From: Mobula hypostoma
Lineage: Eukaryota
Direction of reading: 5' to 3'
Length of the DNA stretch: 64,000 nucleotides
NCBI RefSeq assembly: GCF_963921235.1
Contig: NC_086100.1
Location: 198,898,001 to 198,962,000 of the forward strand
Positions 51,201 to 60,200 of the stretch are shown piece after piece; the first letter of the stretch is position 1, and the number at the start of each line of letters is the position of its first letter. The position numbers and the translations under genes were made by a program. Below the pieces are notes generated by a model. That model made no database searches. It saw nothing but the letters and a program-made list of their open reading frames with translations, and was not told the origin of the DNA.

Positions 51201-54200
51201 CCCTAATCCTGCCCACCCCTGCCCCTGCCCCACCCCTACCCCTGCCCTGCCCCACTCCCTGCCCACCTGGGGCTCTCTCCTGCGGCGAGATGTGCTGAAG
51301 GCCCCAGAGCTGCAGCTGACAGCAGCGGGCATACCTCCCGCACAGGGGGCACTGGTGTTGCCCTTGGCTAGAACCAGCGGGCACAGCGCCAGGTGGTTCT
51401 CAGTGCCGGCGCACTGAACCGAGTGCACACGGAAGTGAGACTGCTGATGCCTCAGCACCATCCTGCGGTGGGGGGGGGGGGAAGAGAGAGAGACACCATC
51501 AACCTGGGGCTCCGAGGGGAGGGGGGGAATGGAGAAGGAGGGGAGTGAGTGGATGTCAAGTGGGAGGAGGAGAGGAGGACGGAAGGGTAGTGGGGGAGGA
51601 GGGGGAGAGAGGCATGAGGGATGAGGAGGAAAAAAGGAGAATGAGAGTGAGAAGAAAGAAGGGTGCAGGAATGGAGGAGAGGGAGAGGAGGAGAAAGGAA
51701 AGAGTTACAGGGAAAGTGGAGGGAGGAGAGATGAGGGGGAGTGACATTCTGTAGGTGAGGGTCTGCCTCAGGGGACAGGGAGTCACATGGTGGGTGTGGT
51801 ATCAGATACACTCACCAACGCATCCCAGAATAAACACAGCAGCAGGGGACAAACACTGAACACTAAACGCCATCCACTGGAGTGATCAGTGATCCCATCA
51901 CACACTCCCGGGGTCAGACAGAGTGAAGCTCCCTCCACACTGTCCCATCACACACTCCCAGGGTCAGACACAGAGTGAAACTTCCTCTATACTGTCCCAT
52001 CACACACTCCCGGGGTCAGACACAGAGTGAAGCTCCCTCCACACTGTCCCATCACACACTCCTGGGGTCAGACACAGAGTGAAGCTCCCTCCACACTGTC
52101 CCATCACACACTCCCAGGGTCAGACAGAGTGAAGCTCCCTCCGCACTGTCCCATCACACACTCCCGGGGTCAGACAGAGTGAAGCTCCCTCCACACTGTC
52201 CCATCACACACTCCTGGGGTCAGACAGAGTGAAGCTCCCTCCACACTGTCCCATCACACACTCCCGGGGTCAGACACAGAGTGAAGCTCCCTCTATACTG
52301 TCCCATCACACACTCCCAGGGTCAGACACACAGTGAATCTCCCTCTACACTGTCCCATCACACAGTCCCGGGGTCAGACACAGAGTGAAGCTCCCTCTAC
52401 ACTGTCCCATCACACACTCCTGGGGTCAGACACAGAGTGAAGCTCCCTCCACACTGTCCCATCACACACTCCTGGGGTCAGACACAGAGTGAAGCTCCCT
52501 CTACACTGTCCCATCACACACTCCCGGGGTCAGACAGAGTGAAGCTCCCTCCACACTGTCCCATCACACACTCCCGGAGTCAGACACAGAGTGAAGCTCC
52601 CTCTATACTGTCCCATCACACACTCCCGGGGTCAGACACACAGTGAATCTTCCTCTACACTGTTCCATCACACACTCCCGGGGTCAGACACAGAGTGAAG
52701 CTCCCTCTACACTGTCCCATCACACACTCCTGGGGTCAGACACAGAGTGAAGCTCCCTCCACACTGTCCCATCACACACTCCTGGGGTCAGACACAGAGT
52801 GAAGCTCCCTCCACACTGTCCCATCACACACTCCCGGGGTCAGACAGAGTGAAGCTCCCTCTACACTGTCCCATCACACACTCCTCGAGTCAGACACAGA
52901 GTGAAGCTCCGTCCACACTGTCCCATCACACACTCCTGGGGTCAGACACCTGATGTGTGATGTGGTCAGTAGATCAGGATGAAAATTCTGGAGAGACCAT
53001 TCTGGTAGACATCCTGAGAGGCGATGGGGGTGGTGGGGAGTGTTAGTGGATGGTGCGAATAGGGAGCACGAGCCAATGAAACCCACTGCCAGCAGGTTTC
53101 TGTGGGGGGGAGGAATGAGTCACCATTCCCCCACCCGTTACCTGGGCCCAGGTTTCCGGCCCCACCGTCCACTTGCCCGACGCCTCCTCCACCGTCTGCG
53201 GAGAAAAACGGCAAGGGGTTTCCAAGGGATGGTCTGCACACCCCTCCCCAAAGCACATTTAACACCTTCACCGAGGCGCCTCTCAATTCTCCCACACCCT
53301 TCCCTGAAATACCTCACCCTTCCCATCCCCAAAATGCCCCACACTCCCCCCTTCCGAAACACACCGACATTTTTCCCCACCGCGGTTCACTTACCCCAAA
53401 ACATCACTACCCCTACAGGACCTACCCCCACATTGCTCATTCCCCGGTGATGGACCACATCTGGGTGACAGAGGTGTTTGCTGTCTTAAGGCAAGCTCGG
53501 GTGGATGAATCCACACGATCTGACAAGGTTTTCTCTTGGACCTCGTGGGAGGCAAGTGCAGAAATTGTAGCAGCCCTAGCAGGGATTTAAAATGTCCTTA
53601 ACTGTTGGATGACGGGTAATGTTGTTCCATTGGATGATGGGTAATGTTGTTCCGTTGTTTATGAAAACCTCTGACTGGAGGCCTGTGACTAGTGGAATGC
53701 CACAGGGATCACTGTTGGGTCCGTTGTTATTTGTCATCTATATCAATGATCTGGATGATAACGTGGTTAACTGGATCAGCAAATTTGTAGATGACACCAA
53801 GATTGGAGGCATAGTGGACAGCAAGGAAGGCTATCAAATCTTGCAGCTAGATCTGGACCAACTGGAAGAATGGACTAAAAAATGGCAGATGGAATTTAAT
53901 GTAGACAAGTGTGTGAGGTGTTGCACCTCAGTAGGACCAACGAGGGTAGGTCTTACACAGTGAATGGTAGGGCACTGAGGACCATAAGACATAGCCCATT
54001 GAGTCTGCTCTGCCAATCCATCATGGCTGATCCATTTTCTCTCAACCCCGTTCTCCTCCCATAACCTTCATGTCCTGACTAATCAGGAGCCCACCAACCC
54101 CTGCTTTAAATACAACCGATAACTTGGCATCAGCAGCCGTCCGTGGCAATGAATTCCACAGAGTCAGCACCCTCCAACTGAACAACTTCCTCCTCATCTT

Positions 54201-57200
54201 TCTCAATGGACATCCCTATATTTTGCAGCTGTGCCTTCTGGTCCACGATGCTCCCACCAAAGGCAATAGCCTTTCTACATCTACTCAATCCAGGGCTGCA
54301 TTAGAACAGAGGAATCTGGGAATACAGATCCAAATTTCTTGAAAGTAGCATCAAAGGTAGATAACACACAGATAATGCTGGAGAACTGATGAAAAGCCTG
54401 AGTCCGAAACGTAGACTGTACTCTTTTCCATAGATCCTGAGATCCTCCAGCATTTTGTGTGTGTTGCTTGGATCTCCAGCATCTGTAGAACCAGTCTCAG
54501 TGTGTAAAAAAATCTACCTCTGACATCCCCCCTGCACTTTCTTCCAATCACCTTAAAATTATGCCCCCTCGTATTCACCATTTCTGCCCTGGGAAAAAGT
54601 TTCCAGATGTCCGCTCGATCGGTTCCTTTTGTACAACTTAACCAGGTCACCTCTCATCCTCCTCCAATAATGTGATGGTGAGGCCTAATCTGCAGTTCTA
54701 GTCACCTGCCTACAGGAAAGTTATCAATAAGATTGAAAGAGTGCAGAGAAAAATGACAAGGATGTTGCCAGATATGAAGGACCTGAGTTACTGGGAAAGA
54801 TTGAATATGTTTGGACTTTATTCTCTGGAGTGTAGGAGAATGAGAGGAGATTTGAGATTATGAAGTGTAAATGTAAGCAAGCATTTTCCACTGAGATGGG
54901 GTAAGGTTGTCGATTAGGTGTGAAGAAATGAGAGATGCTTAGGGGGACACTCACCCTTCCCTACACTGACCTTATACTGTAAGTTCTGATCAGCTCATTA
55001 CAGGAAGGATGTGGAAGCTTTAGAGAGGGTGTAGAGGAGATTTACCAGGATGCTGCCTGGATCAGAGAGCGTGTCTGAGGAGGATAGGTTGAGTGAGCTG
55101 GGACTTTTCTCTTTGGAGTGGAGGAGGATGAGAGGTGACCTGGTTAAGTTGTACAAAAGGAACCGATCGAGCGGACATCTGGAAACTTTTTCCCAGGGCA
55201 GAAATGGTGAATACAAGGGGGCATAATTTTAAGGTGATTGGAAGAAAGTACAGGGGGGATGTCAGAGGTAGATTTTTTTACACACTGAGACTGGTGGGTG
55301 CTGCCAGGAGTTGTAGCAGAGGCAGATACAGTAGGGACATTGAAGACTCTCTTAAGATAGGCACCTGATAGAAGAGTTTTGGGCTTAGCAGGAGAGCAGG
55401 GTTACCCACTTCATCTCTGCTTCCCACTCCCATTCAGATATGTCCATACATGGCCTCCTCTACTGCCATGATGAGGCTAAACTCAGGTTGGAGGAGCAAT
55501 ACTTCATATACCATCTAGGTAGCCTCCAGCCCCTTGGTATGAACATAGAGTTCTCTAACTTCCGGTAATTCCCTCCCCCTCCCTTCCTCTATTTCACTCT
55601 GCCCCCTCCCCCAGCTGCCTATCACCTCCCTCATTGTTCCGCCTCATTCTACTACCCATTGTGTTTTCCCCTATTCTTTCTTCACCTTTCCTGCCTATCC
55701 CCTCCCTGCCTCCTCTCCCCCACCCCTTTATCTTTCCCCTTACTGGTTTTTCACCTGGAACCTACCAGCCTTCTCCTTCCCACCCTCCCCCCACCTTCTT
55801 TATAGGGCCTCTGCCCCTTCCCCGTACAGTCCTGATGAAGGGTTCCGGCCCGAAACATCGACCGATCTTTCCCACGGATGCTGCCCGACCTGCTGAGTTC
55901 CTCCAGCGTGTTGTGAGTGTTAGACTGATGTTAGAGCAGGTTAAGAGGTTAGTACAAAATTGTGGGCTGAAGGGCCACCATTGTGCTATACTGTTCCATG
56001 TGATAATTATTAAGTAACAGAATTCCCAGATCTCCCAGGTAACAGCTGACCCCCCTCTGGTCACCATACCCATGGGACACGCTCCAGCCCACCGCCCCGC
56101 CTCACCGGCCGGGTTCCCCACAGGCCGCTCGACTCATCCTACCGGTAGAAGTTCCTGTTCAGCCGGCGCTGTCCGGGAAAGCCCATCATCCCGCAGATCA
56201 CACGGGAATTGTTCTGGGTCCAGCCGTTGTCGCAGACCTGCTCCCAGCGGCCCCGAAACTTCACCTCCACCACGCCCTCCGTCACCGGCAGCCGGGACCG
56301 GCCAACGGGTACCACCGGCCGCAGGCGTACTTCCTCCAGCCGGTCACTCTCCACCTGGGGAGAGGGAGGCTGGCGTCAGTGACACAGACACACCCCGCCC
56401 CTGTCTACTGTCTGCCTGCTCTGCACTCTCCATGTAACTGTAACACTCTATTCTGCATTCTGCTTTCTTTTTTATTCCTTCAGTGTACCTACAGGAGGCA
56501 CAAACTGTCTGACTGACAGACAATCAAAAGATTTTACCTGTATTGGAGAAACTAATAACTGAATAAACCTGAGCACTACCCACACCAGGGAGAGGGTCCA
56601 TGGGCTGTGGGTGGGGACTGAGTCGGTGATGGGGTAGAGGGTCTGAGAGCTGTGGGAGGGGATTGAGTGGGTGGGGAGAGTCAGTGACCAGGGAGAGTGT
56701 CTGTGGTCTGTGGGAGGGGGTTAAGTGGGTGGGGAGAGTCGGTGACCAGGGAGAGTGTCTGTGGGAGGGGGTTAAATGGATGGGGAGAGTCGGTGATGGG
56801 GTAGAGGGTGTGAGAGCTGTGGGAAGGGATTGAGTGGGTGGGGAGAGTCGGTGATGGGGTAGAGGGTCTGAGAGCTGTGGGAGGGGGTTAAGTGGGTGGG
56901 GAGAGTCAGTGACCAGGGAGAGGGTCCATGGGCTGTGGGAAGGGATTGAGTGGGTGGGGAGAGTCGGTGATGGGGTAGAGGGTGTGAGAGCTGTGGGAGG
57001 GGGTTGAGTGGGTGGGGAGAGTCGGTGATGGGGTAGAGGGTGTGAGAGCTGTAGGAGGGGGTTGAGTGGGTGGGGAGAGTTGGTGATGGGGTGGAGGGTG
57101 TGAGAGCTGTGGGAGGGGGTTGAGTGGGTGGGGAGAGTCGGTGATGGGGTAGAGGGTGTGAGAGCTGTGGGAGGGGATTGAGTGGGTGGGGAGAGTCAGT

Positions 57201-60200
57201 GACCAGGGAGAGGGTCCATGGGCTGTGGGAGGGGGTTGAGTGGGTGGGGAGAGTCGGTGATGGGGTAGAGGGTGTGAGAGCTGTGGGAAGGGATTGAGTG
57301 GGTGGGGAGAGTCGGTGATGGGGTAGAGGGTCTGAGAGCTGTGGGAGGGGGTTAAGTGGTGGGGAGAGTCAGTGACCAGGGAGAGGGTCCATGGGCTGTG
57401 GGAAGGGATTGAGTGGGTGGGGAGAGTCGGTGATGGGGTAGAGGGTGTGAGAGCTGTGGGAGGGGGTTGAGTGGGTGGGGAGAGTCGGTGATGGGGTAGA
57501 GGGTGTGAGAGCTGTAGGAGGGGGTTGAGTGGGTGGGGAGAGTTGGTGATGGGGTAGAGGGTGTGAGATCTGTGGGAGGTCGAGGGGAAGTGAAGGTGGG
57601 GCAGGGGAGGGTGGGAATGTGAAGTAGGGAAGGAGAGGAGTGGTGACGGTGGGGGAAGAGGAGGTTGGCAGAGGGAAGGGTGGGGGATGCAGGGCGAGAA
57701 GGGACAGCTGACCGCCCAAGTGAAAGTGCTTCCGCACAGCCCAGCTAACAGTGACGGCAGAGGGAAGGAATGTGACCTTCTGGCTGCTTACTGCTGTGTG
57801 AGCTCCGGCCTCCGCATTCCTCCCCTCCGGAACGCTGTGAATGATTCCATATGGATCCCAGATTATCAGGCTGTGCCGTACGGGGCAGGCCCAGTCTCTA
57901 ACCCTACTCGCCAACTCTGAGCAGAGAGAGACCTCCCCCTCCCCCACCCCCACCCCCACCCCCACCCATAACCTGGGCTGATCTGTAACCAGCCCCACTA
58001 CGGGCAGCATCCCCCAGAAACATCGGCAGCCACAGAAGGACACAGGTCAAATGTCAGCACTTTCTCAGGGAGATGGAAGGAGAATGGGGCTGACAGGATA
58101 ATAAATCAGCCATAATCAAATGGTAGAATAGACTTGATGGGCTGAACGGCCTCAGGTGGAGAAAATATGCACGTTTCAGGTCTGGGAGGACACAAAGAAA
58201 CAACAACCCTCTTCCCCCGCAGATGGATGACGGATTTGATGGCTTTGTGGCCAAGTTTGCGGACAGTACAAAGACAGGTGGAGGGGCAGGTAGTGCTGAT
58301 CCAGCAGGGGGCTTGCAGAAGGACTTGGGGGAATGGGCAAAGAAGTGGCAGATGGAATTGCATGTAGGGAAGTGTACATTCAGGCACTTTGCTGAAAGGA
58401 ATAAAGGTGTAGACTATTTTCCACAAGGGGAGAAAGTTCAGAAATCAGAGGTGCAAAGGAGTCCTCATGGGATTCCCTGAAGGTTAATTTGCAGGTCGAG
58501 TCGGCGGTGAGGAAGGCAAATGCAATGTTAACATTCATCACAAGAGGACTAGAATGCAAAAGCAAGGATACAATGCTGAGGCTTTATAAAGCATTAATCA
58601 GACCACACTTGGTACCTTGAGAGTAGTTTTGGGCTCCTTATCTAAGAAAGGATGTGCTGGCATTGAAAAGGGTTCAGAAGAGGTTCACGAAAATTATCCT
58701 GGGGGATGAAAGGGTTAATGTACAAGGATGGTTCTGGGTCTGTGCTGGCTGGAGCTTAAAAGAATTGGGGGGTGGGATCTCATTGAAATGTATCGAATAT
58801 TGGAAGGCTGAGATAAAGTGGATGTGGAGAGGATGTTTCCTATAGTGGGGGAATCTAGGACCAGAGGGCACAGATAGAGTGGACAGAGAGAGGATGTTTC
58901 CTGTAGTGGGGGGAGTCTAGGACCAGAGGGCACAGATAGAGTGGACAGAGAGAGGATGTTTCCTGTAGTGGGGGGAGTCTAGGACCAGAGGGCACAGATA
59001 GAGTGGACAGAGAGAGGATGTTTCCTGTAGTGGGGGGAGTCTAGGACCAGAAGGCACAGAGAGAGTGGATGTGGAAGGATGTTCCCTATAGTGGGGGAGT
59101 CTAGGACCAGAAGGCACAGAGAGAGTGGATGTAGCGAGGATGTTTCCTATAGTGGGGGGAGTCTAGGACCAGAAGGCACAGTCCCAAAATACAAGGACAT
59201 CCCTTTAGAACAGAGATGAGGAGGAATTTCTTTAGACAGGGAGTGGGAAGTCTGTGGAATTCATTGCCACAGTCGGCTGTGCAGGCCAAGTCACCGAGTA
59301 TAAGTGGAGGTTGATAAGTTCTTGATTAGTCAAGGCGTCAAATATAACGGAGAGAAGGCAGGTATAACGGAGAGAAGGCAGGTATTACGGGGAGAAGGCA
59401 GGGGAATGGGGTTGAGACGGATAATCAATCAGCCGTGGTGGAAAGGTGGAACAGACTCGACGGGTCAAATGGCCTCATTCTGTTCCTGTACCCTATAATG
59501 TTCTAAAAGGATCTCTCGACGACAGAGGAGAACTCTTAACCTGATAATATGCCTCGTTAAGGCGTTGCGCTGATCACCGGCCGGCACCGCACTGTCCCTA
59601 AGTTCACTTTACATAAACCAAATGGTCACCTGCGTAAACAACCAACACATCCCGAGCGTGTGCTGGGAGCAGCGGGCAGGCGTCGCCACACATTACGGCG
59701 CCAACTTGGCAGCTCCACGACGCCCTGTGTCCTGCTCTCCGTTTCGATTTGTCCGTGTGCTAACCGAAAGGATCTGTGCGGCCACGGTATCGCGGTACGC
59801 TCGATAAAACACCGATGCCCAGCTCTCCCGCTTACCACAATCACGTTCGAGTCCACGAATCCCAGGATCTTTTCGTCCTTGCAGATGACCCCGGCGTCCT
59901 CCTCATGGGTGCAGTCCGTCTGGCCCCACCCCAGGGACTTGCACTCGCTCACGTCCTTCTCCGTCCCGCCGCAGTCCAGATTATCCAGCCAGACCCTGCC
60001 TGCAGAACGACGGAGGCAGACGTCAGGCCCGTGGCGGGCTGCCCCTGCCCAGGCAATACCTCTGGGGGCAAGCGGCGGTGGTGGGGGGAGCGCATGGGAG
60101 CGGCCCGGGGTGGGGCTTAGGAGCGGGTCAGGGGAGTGTCCCGTTGGAACAGACATGAGGAGGAATTTCTTTAGCGGGAGGGTGGTGAATCTGAGGAATT

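Noticed and set aside
35593..52949. V(D)J recombination signal-like heptamers (CACAGAG, CACAGTG, CACTGT) in the 52-bp arrays
   Set aside because: I saw no ACAAAAACC nonamer at 12/23 spacing and no Ig or TCR segments.
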